Positions 42,956 to 52,916 of a stretch of 64,000 nt of DNA are shown here, piece after piece; within the stretch, counting starts at the first letter, position 1; every line of letters begins with the position of its first letter. Source of the stretch: Alphaproteobacteria bacterium (GTDB taxonomy: Bacteria; Pseudomonadota; Alphaproteobacteria; UBA828); NCBI GenBank assembly GCA_965237415.1, contig CBDEFM010000002.1:3971331-4035330 (forward strand), in the 5' to 3' direction. The notes beneath the pieces were generated by a model, which worked only from the letters and a program-made list of their open reading frames with translations, did no database searches and was not told the origin of the DNA. A program made the translations under genes and the position numbers.

Positions 42956-43594
42956 TCACTCGATGCGGCGGGCGACGTAGCGCTCGACGATCTCCGCCAC
43001 GGAGTCGAGCTCGCGCTCGTAGAAGTGGGCGGCGCCTTTGATGACCTCGTAATCGATCTCGATCTGGCGCTGGCTCTGCAGCTTGCTTGCGAGTTCCGCC
43101 ACCTCAGGCTCGGGCACCAGGTCGTCGGCCCCGCCGTGGACGATCAGCCCCGACGACGGGCATGGCGCGAGGAAGGTGAAATCGAACTTGTTGGCCGGCG
43201 GCGAGACGGCGACGAAGCCTTCGATCTCCGGCCGTCGCATGAGGAGCTGCATGGCGATCCATGCGCCGAAGGAGAAACCGGCGATCCAGCAGCGGTCGGC
43301 GCCCGAATTCTGTATCTGCAGCCAGTCGAGCACCGAGGCGGCGTCGCTCAGCTCGCCCTGCCCGTGGTCGTAGTGCCCCTGGGAGCGGCCGACTCCGCGA
43401 AAGTTGAAGCGGATGACCGAGAACGACTGCCGGCGGAAGGCGTGATAGAGCGCGTGGACGATCTTGTTGTTCATCGTGCCGCCGTGCTGCGGATGCGGGT
43501 GCAGTATCAGCGCGATGGGGGCGCGAATATCCTCGGCCTGATTGTAGCGCGCCTGGAGGCGGCCTTCGGGGCCGCTGATCATCACTTCCGGCAT
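42956..43594 (-). CDS. Alpha/beta hydrolase (conserved upstream of cysE/iscS)
   Basis: HPHPQHGGTMNN, RFNFRGVG, GFSFG. Confidence 0.9.
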   Translation of the reverse strand: MPEVMISGPEGRLQARYNQAEDIRAPIALILHPHPQHGGTMNNKIVHALYHAFRRQSFSVIRFNFRGVGRSQGHYDHGQGELSDAASVLDWLQIQNSGADRCWIAGFSFGAWIAMQLLMRRPEIEGFVAVSPPANKFDFTFLAPCPSSGLIVHGGADDLVPEPEVAELASKLQSQRQIEIDYEVIKGAAHFYERELDSVAEIVERYVARRIE

Positions 43595-43696
43595 GGACCG
43601 CTCTTCGGTTCAGGATGCTTCAGACCAGGGCTAGGGCGCGACCGGCGCCGATGTCACGCGATGGCCGCTCTTCGCGGGGCACCTTACGCGGCGGGG

Positions 43697-43721
43697 ATAC
43701 TTGACCCCCGGAGTCGGGAAC
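43697..43721 (+). promoter_or_regulatory. IscR type-1 binding site overlapping a -35 TTGACC
   Basis: ATACTTGACCCCCGGAGTCGGGAAC resembles ATASYYGACTRwwwYAGTCRRSTAT. Confidence 0.6.
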
Positions 43722-43801
43722 CCTATATCCCGTGCATCACAGGGGGAACCTGGCCCGCGGCAGCGCCCTGCGCCGGCCATTGATATACGGACGGCAGCGC
43801 C

Positions 43802-44551
43802 ATGTTCAAGCGTATTCGGGAAGACATCGGCTGCGTATTCGGCCGCGACCCGGCGGTCCGCTCCAAGATCGAGGTGTTCTTCTGCTATCCGGGCTTCCAC
43901 GCGCTGCTCTTCTACCATGTGGCGCACTTGCTCTGGGAAAGCGGCTTCTGCCTGCTCGGGCGTTTCGTTTCCCACGTGGGCCGCATGGTCACGGGCATCG
44001 AGATCCATCCGGGCGCCCGCATCGGCCGCCGCTTCTTCATCGATCACGGCATGGGCGTGGTCATCGGCGAGACCTCCGTGATCGGCGACGATGTGACGCT
44101 CTATCACCAAGTGACCCTCGGCGGCGTCACCTGGTCGCCGGGTAAGCGGCATCCGACCGTGGGGGACGGCGTCGTGGTGGGCGCGGGCGCTCAGGTGCTG
44201 GGCCCGATCACGGTCGGGCGCGACGCGCGCATCGGCGCCAACGCCGTGGTGCTGAAGGATGTGCCGCCCGGCGCCACCATGGTGGGGATCCCCGCGCGCG
44301 CCGCGGGGCCGACCGCGGCGAAGACGGAAGCGTCGACATTCGACGCCTACGGCACGCCCTCGCCCGACATCGCGGACCCGACGACGCGCGCCGTCGATCG
44401 CTTGCTGGAAGAAGTCCGCACGCTCACGAACCGCGTGGAGGAGCTGGAACAGGCCGCCGCCGCGCGGCCCGAGGATGAGGCGGAGCCCGAGGCCGAGGGC
44501 GGGGCTGAGGAGGCTTCGACGCCGCTGGGCCGCCGCGCCGCAGGCGGTTAG
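43802..44551 (+). CDS. cysE: Serine O-acetyltransferase
   Basis: [30 protein letters not shown]. Confidence 0.96.
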   Translation: MFKRIREDIGCVFGRDPAVRSKIEVFFCYPGFHALLFYHVAHLLWESGFCLLGRFVSHVGRMVTGIEIHPGARIGRRFFIDHGMGVVIGETSVIGDDVTLYHQVTLGGVTWSPGKRHPTVGDGVVVGAGAQVLGPITVGRDARIGANAVVLKDVPPGATMVGIPARAAGPTAAKTEASTFDAYGTPSPDIADPTTRAVDRLLEEVRTLTNRVEELEQAAAARPEDEAEPEAEGGAEEASTPLGRRAAGG

Positions 44552-44560
44552 CGGCAGCCT

Positions 44561-45046
44561 ATGAAGCTCGGGACCAGGGGCCGCTACGCAGTCATGGCGA
44601 TGGCGGATCTCGCCATGCGCACGGGCGGTGCGAGCGAGGCGCAGCCGGTGACGCTTGCCGAAATCGCGGCGCGGCAGGACATCTCGCAGTCATACCTCGA
44701 ACAGCTCTTCGGCCGCCTGCGCCGCGCCGGCCTCGTGCGGAGCGCGCGCGGGCCGCGCGGCGGCTACCGGCTGGCGCGGCCTGCGGCCGAGCTCAGGATC
44801 GCCGACATCGTCGTGGCTGTGGACGAGAACCTGCGCGCGACCCGCTGCCCGCCGGGCTCCGGCAAGGGCTGCATGAAGGATGCGAAGCGCTGCGTCACCC
44901 ACGACCTGTGGGACGAGCTCGGCATCCACATCCACGACTTTCTCAGCGCCGTCACCCTCGAAGACGTCTGCGCAGGCCGGGTGCTCGGCATGAGCGGCCG
45001 GCTCTCCGGCGGCGGTCGCAATTTCGTGGAGCAGGCGGCGGAATGA
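44561..45046 (+). CDS. iscR: Rrf2-family regulator IscR
   Basis: RGRYAVMAM, YLEQLF, RGPRGGY, three Cys plus THDLW. Confidence 0.9.
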   Translation: MKLGTRGRYAVMAMADLAMRTGGASEAQPVTLAEIAARQDISQSYLEQLFGRLRRAGLVRSARGPRGGYRLARPAAELRIADIVVAVDENLRATRCPPGSGKGCMKDAKRCVTHDLWDELGIHIHDFLSAVTLEDVCAGRVLGMSGRLSGGGRNFVEQAAE

Positions 45047-46197
45047 GCGAGCGAGGCCCGATCTATCTCGACTACAACGCCACGGCGCCGATCAAGCCCG
45101 AGGTGGTGACGGCGGTGAGCGAGACCATGATGCTGGCCGGCAATCCGTCGTCGGTCCACGGCTTCGGGCGCGACGTGCGCAAGCGCATCGAGGACGCCCG
45201 CGAGCAGATCGCGGCGCTGATCGGCTGCAGCCCGCCGGAGCTGGTCTTCACCGCCGGCGGTACCGAGGCCAACAACACCGCGCTGAGCGGCGCCGGGCGG
45301 CGGGTGCTCATCGTGAGCGCGATCGAGCATCCCGCTGTGCTGCGCACGGCCGAGGCCGTGGCGGAGGAACACGTCGTCCTGCCGGTGGATGGCGAGGGCC
45401 TGCTCGACTTGGGCGCGCTCGACAAGGCGCTCGCGGCGTACGGGCCGGAAGCGCTCGTCTCGGTCATGTTGGCCAACAACGAGACCGGCGTGATCCAGCC
45501 GGTCGCCGAGATCGCGGCGCGGGCGACGGCGGCGGGCGCAATCGTCCACTGCGATGCGGTGCAGACGCCGGGCCGCATCCCGGTCTCCTTCGCCGGGCTC
45601 GGCGTCGACATGATGAGCATCGCCGCCCACAAGTTCGCCGGCCCCAAGGGGATCGGCGCGCTCGTCGTGCGCTCAGGACTCGAGATCGCGCCGCTTATCC
45701 ACGGCGGCGGTCAGGAGCGAGGCCTGCGTGGCGGCACCGAGAACGCCGCCGGCATTGTCGGCTTCGGCACTGCCGCCCAGCTCGCTCAGGGCGACCTCGC
45801 GCGGGCAGGCGAGATCGCCGCGCTGCGCGACCGCATGGAATCTCGGCTGCGGGAAACCGAGCCCGATGTCGTCATCTTCAGCCAGGGGGCGGAGCGCCTG
45901 CCCAATACCAGCTGCCTCACCATGCCGGGCGTGCAAAGCGAGACTCAGGTGATGGGCCTCGACCTCGCCGGCGTCGCGGTGAGTGCGGGTTCTGCCTGCT
46001 CCTCCGGCAAGGTCGAGCCGAGCCACGTGCTGCGCGCGCTCGGCGCGGCGGACGCGGTGGGCGGCTGCGCCATCCGCGTCAGCCTCGGATGGGCCACGAC
46101 CGAGGAGGAGATCGAGCGCTTCCTGGGCACCTGGCGGGCGCTCTATGCGGGCCTCACCAACCGCTGGAAGGCCGGCGTCTCGGCCGCTGCAGGATAG
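45043..46197 (+). CDS. iscS: Cysteine desulfurase
   Basis: YLDYNAT, GNPSSVH, NNETG, AHKFAGPKG, SAGSACSS. Confidence 0.93.
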   Translation: MSERGPIYLDYNATAPIKPEVVTAVSETMMLAGNPSSVHGFGRDVRKRIEDAREQIAALIGCSPPELVFTAGGTEANNTALSGAGRRVLIVSAIEHPAVLRTAEAVAEEHVVLPVDGEGLLDLGALDKALAAYGPEALVSVMLANNETGVIQPVAEIAARATAAGAIVHCDAVQTPGRIPVSFAGLGVDMMSIAAHKFAGPKGIGALVVRSGLEIAPLIHGGGQERGLRGGTENAAGIVGFGTAAQLAQGDLARAGEIAALRDRMESRLRETEPDVVIFSQGAERLPNTSCLTMPGVQSETQVMGLDLAGVAVSAGSACSSGKVEPSHVLRALGAADAVGGCAIRVSLGWATTEEEIERFLGTWRALYAGLTNRWKAGVSAAAG

Positions 46198-46211
46198 GCG
46201 GCGACCGACCC

Positions 46212-46538
46212 GTGCCCGCCATGACCTTCATCGACCCCGATGGCACCCGCCACGAGGTCGAGGCGCCGACGGGCGATTCCGTGCTGGACATCGCGTTTCG
46301 CCACGGCATCGATATCGAGGGCGCGTGCGAAGGCGCGATGGCCTGTTCGACCTGTCATGTCATCGTGGACCCCGCTTGGTTCGGCAAGCTCGAGGCGATG
46401 TGCGAGGACGAGGAGGACATGCTCGACCTCGCGTTAGGCCTCACGCAGACCTCGCGCCTCGGCTGCCAGATCGTCATCACCGAAGCGCTGGACGGGCTCG
46501 TCGTGTCGCTGCCGGAAGAAATCAACAACATGATGTAG
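46212..46538 (+). CDS. fdx: 2Fe-2S ferredoxin (adrenodoxin type)
   Basis: ACEGAMACSTCHV, SRLGCQ. Confidence 0.95.
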   Translation: MPAMTFIDPDGTRHEVEAPTGDSVLDIAFRHGIDIEGACEGAMACSTCHVIVDPAWFGKLEAMCEDEEDMLDLALGLTQTSRLGCQIVITEALDGLVVSLPEEINNMM

Positions 46539-46578
46539 GTTGCGCACGACGCGATGCGGGCGAGGGGGAAACGCGGCG

Positions 46579-47262
46579 ATGTCGGTTGCCGAAGCAGGAT
46601 TATTCGCGGCGCTCCGCGAGGCCGCCGCAGACGACTGGCGGCGCTATGTCGAGCATCCCTTCGTGCAGGGCCTCGGCGACGGCACATTGCCCGAGGCCGC
46701 CTTCCGCCACTATCTGGTGCAGGACTACCTGTTCCTGATCCAGTTCGCCCGCGCCTACGGGCTCGCCGCCTACAAGGCGGATACGCTGGCCGAGATTCGC
46801 GCGGCGTCGGACGGGCTCAAGGCCATCGTCGAGGTCGAGATGGACCTGCACCGCGCCTATTGCGCAGACTGGGGGCTGGACGAGGCCGCGCTCGACACGG
46901 TCGAGGCCGACGGCGCCACCCTCGCCTACACGGCCTACGTGTTGGAGCGGGGGCTCGCCGGCGACCTGCTCGACCTGCGCATAGCGCTCGCGCCCTGCGT
47001 CATCGGCTACGGCGAGATCGGCGCCCGCCTCGCGGCCGATCCCGCCACCCGCGCGGACGGCAATCCCTACGCCCCCTGGATCGAGATGTATGCCGGCAAG
47101 GAGTATCAGGCGTTCATGCAGGCCGAGATAGAGGCGCTGAACGCGCTCGCAGCGCGTCGCGGCGGTTCTGCACGATTCGCCAGGCTTTCCGCCACCTTCC
47201 GTACCGCGACGCGGCTCGAAGCCGGGTTCTGGCAGGCGGGGCTGGACGCTGCCGGGGCCTGA
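46579..47262 (+). CDS. tenA: TenA (thiaminase II / aminopyrimidine aminohydrolase)
   Basis: HPFV, YLVQDYLFL, LAPCVIGY (catalytic Cys), WIEMY, E..FW. Confidence 0.9.
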   Translation: MSVAEAGLFAALREAAADDWRRYVEHPFVQGLGDGTLPEAAFRHYLVQDYLFLIQFARAYGLAAYKADTLAEIRAASDGLKAIVEVEMDLHRAYCADWGLDEAALDTVEADGATLAYTAYVLERGLAGDLLDLRIALAPCVIGYGEIGARLAADPATRADGNPYAPWIEMYAGKEYQAFMQAEIEALNALAARRGGSARFARLSATFRTATRLEAGFWQAGLDAAGA

Positions 47263-47273
47263 AGCCGCCGTCC

Positions 47274-48059
47274 TCAGAGTGGCGGAGCGACAGGCTCGAG
47301 AGCCGCGAAGTCGCGACGCACCACCCAATCGGGGCGCCGCGAGCGGCCGTGCTTGTTGTCGATGGCATTGTAGGTGATCGAGGCGAGTGTGCGGGGCCAG
47401 GGCGACATGTTGGGCGCCGAGCCATGAACAACATTGGTATGGGCGAAGATCACCGACCCCGGCCCGCCCTTCGGCGCTTCGATCCCCCGCTCACCCGCAA
47501 GCCTTGCGACGACCGCCTCATCCGCCGCCCGTAGCGGGTAGCTCGTGGTCGTATCGTCCACGGCGGTCTCGTAGGCCGGCGCCTCGTGGCTGGCGGGGAT
47601 GATCATCAGCGGCCCGTTGAATTCGCGCACCTCGTCGATGAAGACCAGCGCGTTGACCGCACGGGGCTCGGGCATCTGGTCATCGTGATAGTAGGTCGGG
47701 AAATCTTGATGCCACTGCCAGACCGCGCCATCGAACGGGCGTTTCATGTTGATCACGCACTGGAATAGATAGATTTCGCGCTCCAAGAGCTGCCGCACCG
47801 GCCCGAGGAGCGCCGGATGCCGCACGAAGCGTCCGAACAGATCGCTGAACGCCTGTGGGTTCATCACCGAGCGTACCGTGCGGCCGTCATTCTCGAAGAT
47901 GACCTCGTCTCGGGTGAGCCGGCACAAAGCGGCGAGTTCGTCCCGCGCCCGGACGATGTCCCGCTCGGAAATGAGATTCGGCAGGAACACGAAGCCGTCA
48001 TCACAGTACCGGGCGCACTGCTCCTCGCTCAGCTGAGGGAGATCGGAAGCGCTCATCAT
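47274..48059 (-). CDS. PhyH-family 2OG/Fe(II) dioxygenase (proline/ectoine hydroxylase-like)
   Basis: WQWHQDF, MPEPRA, NGPLMIIPASH, VHGSAPNMSPWPR. Confidence 0.88.
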   Translation of the reverse strand: MMSASDLPQLSEEQCARYCDDGFVFLPNLISERDIVRARDELAALCRLTRDEVIFENDGRTVRSVMNPQAFSDLFGRFVRHPALLGPVRQLLEREIYLFQCVINMKRPFDGAVWQWHQDFPTYYHDDQMPEPRAVNALVFIDEVREFNGPLMIIPASHEAPAYETAVDDTTTSYPLRAADEAVVARLAGERGIEAPKGGPGSVIFAHTNVVHGSAPNMSPWPRTLASITYNAIDNKHGRSRRPDWVVRRDFAALEPVAPPL

Positions 48060-49234
48060 CGGTCCTCGCTTCGGAGCGGCGTCCCGCCGGCCGCTCCGTC
48101 TGCTGCGTCGCGATAGTGCGCGGTCAGTCGACCGGAGAGCGTCATCACCGTGTCGAGCGCCGTCATCCCGAACCACGCAGCAAGCTCGTTCAGCCCGATC
48201 GCCGCATCGCATTCGCCGCCGAGCAACCGGACGACATCGCCGACTGCAGCGCCCTCGACATCTGTGAGATCGAGGACCAGATGCTCCAGCGACACGGCAA
48301 TGATCGGCGCCCGTCTGCCGCGTATGAGTGCCTGCGGCCGGCTGCCGGCTACAGGTCGAACCAGGCCCTGGGCGACACCCATGGGCGCGACGCCGGTGCG
48401 TCGGCCGTGCCGTATTCCGTAACTGCCGCCGATCGCGATGTCGCTGCCCTGCGGGTGGTCCGAGACCTGTAACAGCCGGCTCCCGATCTCGGCCAGGACG
48501 GGCCGGTACGCCGACACGTCCGCGAGCGAGGCATCGGCGAATGGCGACAGGCCGTAAAGCAGGTGGCCGACGCAGACCGCGTTGGCCCGATCGGGCAATC
48601 CGGCGGCAACGCAGGAGCTTGCGCGTGCCTGGGTGACCGGCGGTATCTGGCCGCGCTCTTCGAGACGCGCGAGGAGCGCATCGAATGCGGCGAGCCTTTG
48701 CTCGGCCCAGTGACGTCCACGCGCGTCGCCGAAAGGCAGATGCGTGTAGAGCCCTTGGACCTCGAGGCGCTGCATGGCGGCTAGTTCATCGAGGAAGCCT
48801 TCGGCCGCCTCGAGCGGCACGCCTAGCCGCCCCAGTCCGGCATTGACCTTGACGTAGACCGGAACCGCTTCGCCCGGCGGTGCTGCACGCGCCGCGGCTT
48901 CGGCGCTCGCCCGGTCGACCACCGTCGGCATCAGCCGGGCGGCGACGAGATCGGCCATCCCCGTCGGCAGCGCGCCCGCGAACATGACGACCGGCGTGCG
49001 CAGCCCCTCCGCGTGCAATCGGCAGGCTTCGTCGAAGGAGCCGGTCATGAACGCCGCGAGCCCCTCCCGGTCGAGCGCGCGGGCCACGGGCACCGCACCA
49101 TGCCCGTAGGCGTTGCCCTTGAGCGCGGCGATGCATCCTTGATGGGGCCCGATGCGACGGCGAATCTCAGCGAGGTTCGCGCGTAGGCGATCGAGATCGT
49201 AAACCGCCCAACCGGGATGTGCTTCGTCGCCCAT
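48056..49234 (-). CDS. Alanine racemase-fold PLP enzyme with atypical active site
   Basis: AALKGNAYGHG (PLP Lys), KVNAGLGRLG, LYTH; stop overlaps the next gene's ATG. Confidence 0.85.
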   Translation of the reverse strand: MGDEAHPGWAVYDLDRLRANLAEIRRRIGPHQGCIAALKGNAYGHGAVPVARALDREGLAAFMTGSFDEACRLHAEGLRTPVVMFAGALPTGMADLVAARLMPTVVDRASAEAAARAAPPGEAVPVYVKVNAGLGRLGVPLEAAEGFLDELAAMQRLEVQGLYTHLPFGDARGRHWAEQRLAAFDALLARLEERGQIPPVTQARASSCVAAGLPDRANAVCVGHLLYGLSPFADASLADVSAYRPVLAEIGSRLLQVSDHPQGSDIAIGGSYGIRHGRRTGVAPMGVAQGLVRPVAGSRPQALIRGRRAPIIAVSLEHLVLDLTDVEGAAVGDVVRLLGGECDAAIGLNELAAWFGMTALDTVMTLSGRLTAHYRDAADGAAGGTPLRSEDR

Positions 49235-49435
49235 TCGACCGCTCTGCCTTGACCAACCAGCGCCCCATGCTAGCGAGACTCTCGATCGGTACGAAATCGT
49301 CGGGCCCGTTGCAGGCAAGCGGGGCCGGTAGCGGAGCGGAGCCGAATTCATCCACAGGCGTGGCCAAAGGGACTAAGCTATTCGATCCGAGCCAGGCTGC
49401 AGGCGGTCGGAGAAGGCCGGAAGAAACTGGATGAG

Positions 49436-49786
49436 GTGATGACGGCGCTGGAAGACTTGCCCTATTCGATCGCGGCACACGACATCATCGCCGAAGCCGA
49501 TGGCATGCGCGTGCAGATCATGACCCTTGGCGCGGGCGAGGCGGTTCCGTGGCATTACCACACGAAAGTTACCGACGTGTTCGTCGGCCTAGAAGGAACC
49601 GTGGTGATCGAAACTCGAGCGCCGCGTGCCTGCTACGAGCTTGAACCCGGCGACCATTGCGTCGTGCCGCCGCTCACCGCACACCGGGTCTCCGGCAAAG
49701 ACGGGCGAGGTTGCCGCGTGACCCTGGTTCAGGGCGTGGGCGAACACGACTTCATTCCGGTCGGCAGGGCTGCGGCACGGGACTAA
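49436..49786 (+). CDS. Cupin domain protein
   Basis: VPWHYH...D...GLEG, VPPLTAH. Confidence 0.88.
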   Translation: MMTALEDLPYSIAAHDIIAEADGMRVQIMTLGAGEAVPWHYHTKVTDVFVGLEGTVVIETRAPRACYELEPGDHCVVPPLTAHRVSGKDGRGCRVTLVQGVGEHDFIPVGRAAARD

Positions 49787-49845
49787 TCTGGCCGGGATCA
49801 TTCGCGGTGTGGCACCGCAGGGCGGTGCCAAGAATCGAGGTCGTC

Positions 49846-50739
49846 ATGATTCGCACCCACGGTCGTTATCCCTATTCCAACATCACCACCCGCCCGGTCT
49901 ACGACTGGCCGAACGGGACTCGTCTTGCCGTCTATGTCGCGGTCAACATCGAGCAATTCAGCTTCGGCGAGGGCAAGGGCGCGGCCATCGCGCCGCCGGA
50001 CCAGGCGAACAGCCACAGCGTCTTCTCGTGGCGCGACTACGGCAATCGGGTCGGCATCTGGCGCTTGCTCGAACTGTTCGACGCCTTCGACATCCCGATC
50101 GAAGCCCAGATGAATCTCGGCATCTACGAGCACTGCCCCGACATTCCGGAGGCTCTCAGGCAGCGCGGCCACGAGATCCTGGGCCACGGCATCACCAACT
50201 CGGACATGCAGGGAAACCTCGACGAGGCAGCCGAGGCCGCGCTCATCGCCGAGGTCACCGAGACCATCGAGCGCCATGAAGGCAGCCGCCCACGGGGCTG
50301 GATGAGCCCCTGGCTCTCCAACAGCGCGGTCACCCCCGACCTGCTGCAGGAGGCGGGCTATCGCTACTTCATGGACTGGACCTGCGACGATCAGCCGATC
50401 TGGATGACGACGCGCGCGGGCCGGATCGTGGCAATGCCCTATCCGGTCGAGTGCAACGATACCCGCGGCATCGTCTGGTACGGCCACACCGCGCGCGAAT
50501 TCTCGGACATGCTGATCGACGGCTTCGACGAGATGCTGGCCCAGAGCGAGGGGCAACCCCTGGTGTATCCGATCTCCCTCCATCCCTTCGTGATGGGGCG
50601 GCCCTATCGCGTGCGCCATCTGCGCCGCTTCTTCGAGCACATCGCACCCCGGCGCGACCGAATCTGGCTGACGCGCCCGCGCGACATCTGCGCCCATATC
50701 GAAAGCCTAGCCCAGGGCCTGGTGCCCGGTGATTCGTGA
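49846..50739 (+). CDS. Polysaccharide deacetylase-fold (PuuE-like) hydrolase
   Basis: WPNGTRLAV, WRDYGNRVGIWR, HEILGHG, PRGWMSP, DDQP, LHPF. Confidence 0.88.
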   Translation: MIRTHGRYPYSNITTRPVYDWPNGTRLAVYVAVNIEQFSFGEGKGAAIAPPDQANSHSVFSWRDYGNRVGIWRLLELFDAFDIPIEAQMNLGIYEHCPDIPEALRQRGHEILGHGITNSDMQGNLDEAAEAALIAEVTETIERHEGSRPRGWMSPWLSNSAVTPDLLQEAGYRYFMDWTCDDQPIWMTTRAGRIVAMPYPVECNDTRGIVWYGHTAREFSDMLIDGFDEMLAQSEGQPLVYPISLHPFVMGRPYRVRHLRRFFEHIAPRRDRIWLTRPRDICAHIESLAQGLVPGDS

Positions 50740-50753
50740 ACCGCGGAGCGTCA

Positions 50754-52301
50754 TCAACTTGGGCAAAGAAGATCGGCAGCCCGTTCGGCGACCGCGACGA
50801 TGGCCGCGTTGACCGGGCCCGTCGTGAGGCTCGGAAGGATCGAGCCGTCAACGATATGAAGCCCCGGCACGCCTGCAACGGTAAGGTCGGGACGGACGAC
50901 GGCGCCAGGGTCCGTTCCCATCCTGCAGGTTCCGATCGGATGGTGGTGCGTGAAGGCGGCGTGCTCGATGAACGCCAATCGCGCGTCTCGGCTTATGAGA
51001 TCGCCGGGCCGCGGCAACAGTTCCTCACCTCGCCACGGCGCGTAGGCATCGGCCGCGCCCAGGCGCCGCGCCCAGTCGAGTGCTTCGAGTAGCAGCAAGC
51101 GGTCCTCGGGTTCGCTGACGTAGGCAGGATCGATGATCGGCTTTGCGTGCGGGTCTGCAGAGGCAAGGGTCAGATGACCTCGGCTTCGCGGGTGCGTGAT
51201 GCCGAACATCAAGGTGTATCCGTCACCGGGCGCGGGCATGCGAATACGGCGCGCAAGGGTCTCCGAGACCACAGGAACCGTGACGCACGCCACCACGAGA
51301 TCCGGTGCGTCCCCGAGTGTCTGCGCGCGCGTGTGGATGTAGGTGAGCGCCTCCGAATGCTGCGTCTCGGTCGGCGGAAGCGACCTGCGGGCGCGATACA
51401 CATTGCCGGCAGAAAGCAGGTGGTCCTGCAGGTTCCGTCCGACGCCGGGTATGTCGCGTCGAACTGCGATCCCGAGAGCCGCAAGCTTGGCGTCCGGGCC
51501 TAGACCGGATCGCATCAGTATTGCAGGCGTTCCAATGACCCCGGCGGCCAGGACGACGGCGCGCCGGGCGTCGAACCGATGGACCGTACCGCCTTCCAGA
51601 GCATGAACCCCGATCACGCGGCCGGTGTCGTCGAAGGCCAGCCGGTCAACGAGCAGGCCTGTGCGCAGATCGAAGTTTGCCCTGGCGCGAACCGCCTCGG
51701 TCACGTAGGCATCGGCGACGCTCTGGCGCCGACCATCTACGATCGTGAGCGTGTTGAGCGTCGGCCCGGCCAGGTCTTGCCCATTGTGGTCGCGGATCGG
51801 GCGAAGCCCGAGCTCCATCCCGGCCAGGCAATGGGCCCGGGTGAGCGGGTGCGGCCTGGCAGGCTGGCAGAGCCGCACAGGACCCGTTCCTCCATAGCCG
51901 TCTTCAGGGGCGAAGGGCGACGTTTCCGAGCGCATGAAATAGGGCCGGAGCGTGGCCCAATTCCACCCGGTCGCGCCTGCCTCGGCCCACTTGTCGAAAT
52001 CTCTTGGATGGCCGCGGACATGACCCATCGCATTCATCGCGCTGGACCCGCCCACCGTGCGGCCCCGCGGCCAAGGATGCGCGCGTCCTGCCATTGAGCG
52101 CTGAGGCACGGTCTTAAAATTCCAATCGATTTCGGAGCCTTGCAGAAGAGGCCAAGCAGCAGGATTGGAGATGTCGGGGTTCTCGGGTTCTCCGCCCGCT
52201 TCCAACAAGAGCACGCGGAGGCCGGGGACTTCCGTAAGCCGCGCGGCAAGCACGCAGCCTGCCGACCCGGCTCCGACGATGACGATGTCCGCCTCGGTCA
52301 T
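50754..52301 (-). CDS. pno: GMC oxidoreductase, pyridoxine 4-oxidase-like
   Basis: GAGSAG; NPAAWP, NLQDHLLSAGNVY, QHSE, FGITHP, THHHPIGTCRMG, TTGPVNAA match my recollection of Mesorhizobium pyridoxine 4-oxidase. Confidence 0.75.
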   Translation of the reverse strand: MTEADIVIVGAGSAGCVLAARLTEVPGLRVLLLEAGGEPENPDISNPAAWPLLQGSEIDWNFKTVPQRSMAGRAHPWPRGRTVGGSSAMNAMGHVRGHPRDFDKWAEAGATGWNWATLRPYFMRSETSPFAPEDGYGGTGPVRLCQPARPHPLTRAHCLAGMELGLRPIRDHNGQDLAGPTLNTLTIVDGRRQSVADAYVTEAVRARANFDLRTGLLVDRLAFDDTGRVIGVHALEGGTVHRFDARRAVVLAAGVIGTPAILMRSGLGPDAKLAALGIAVRRDIPGVGRNLQDHLLSAGNVYRARRSLPPTETQHSEALTYIHTRAQTLGDAPDLVVACVTVPVVSETLARRIRMPAPGDGYTLMFGITHPRSRGHLTLASADPHAKPIIDPAYVSEPEDRLLLLEALDWARRLGAADAYAPWRGEELLPRPGDLISRDARLAFIEHAAFTHHHPIGTCRMGTDPGAVVRPDLTVAGVPGLHIVDGSILPSLTTGPVNAAIVAVAERAADLLCPS

Positions 52302-52447
52302 GGGCGCGCCAAGACGCTCAGGTCGCCGGCCAGTTTCATCGGATTCCCTGCCGGGGTTGAATACTCGTTCGAACCGGGGCAACACGATGCTTCGAAGGGC
52401 GGACCGCGCCCGACAGTTTCAAATGACGACAAGAGGAGGCCCCGCCG

Positions 52448-52810
52448 ATGCCCGTCATTCGCGTCGAAGTCCCCGCCGGCACGCCCGCCGACACGCAGAA
52501 TACCATCCGCATCGCCGTCAAGGCGGCGGTGCTCAAGACCCTCGCGCCCAAGCAGACCAAGTACGACTACGTCGCCGTGCGCGAGGTGGTCGGCGAGATC
52601 GGCGACGGCGTGCCCCTGGTCGAGGTCGATTTGCGGCCGGGCCGCGAACCGGAGCGCAAGAAGGCGCTGGTCGACGCCATCGCCGAAATCCTGAACGATA
52701 CGATGGGCGTCGAAGCCGCCGACATCTATGTCGTGTTCCGCGAGAACCCGGCGGAAAATTACTATTGCGGCGGCACGCCGCTTCCTCCCTGGGTGCCGGC
52801 CGACGCATAG
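52448..52810 (+). CDS. Tautomerase superfamily protein
   Basis: N-terminal Pro (MPVIRV), GREPERKKAL, ENYYCGG. Confidence 0.85.
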   Translation: MPVIRVEVPAGTPADTQNTIRIAVKAAVLKTLAPKQTKYDYVAVREVVGEIGDGVPLVEVDLRPGREPERKKALVDAIAEILNDTMGVEAADIYVVFRENPAENYYCGGTPLPPWVPADA

Positions 52811-52916
52811 CCTGCGGTTCTTGCTCAAGGGTTGCGAGCTTGGCGACGACGATAAAGGTGATCTCGGCTACTCTGGTCCAGCATGTAACGCGACACTCAC
52901 GGCGAAAGAGACCGCC

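Noticed and set aside
46539-46578. TPP riboswitch before tenA
   Set aside because: Only 40 bp of intergenic space
47274-48059. Calling the dioxygenase ectD
   Set aside because: Lacks the EctD signature FxWHSDFETWH (has WQWHQDFPTYY), and no ect genes are nearby
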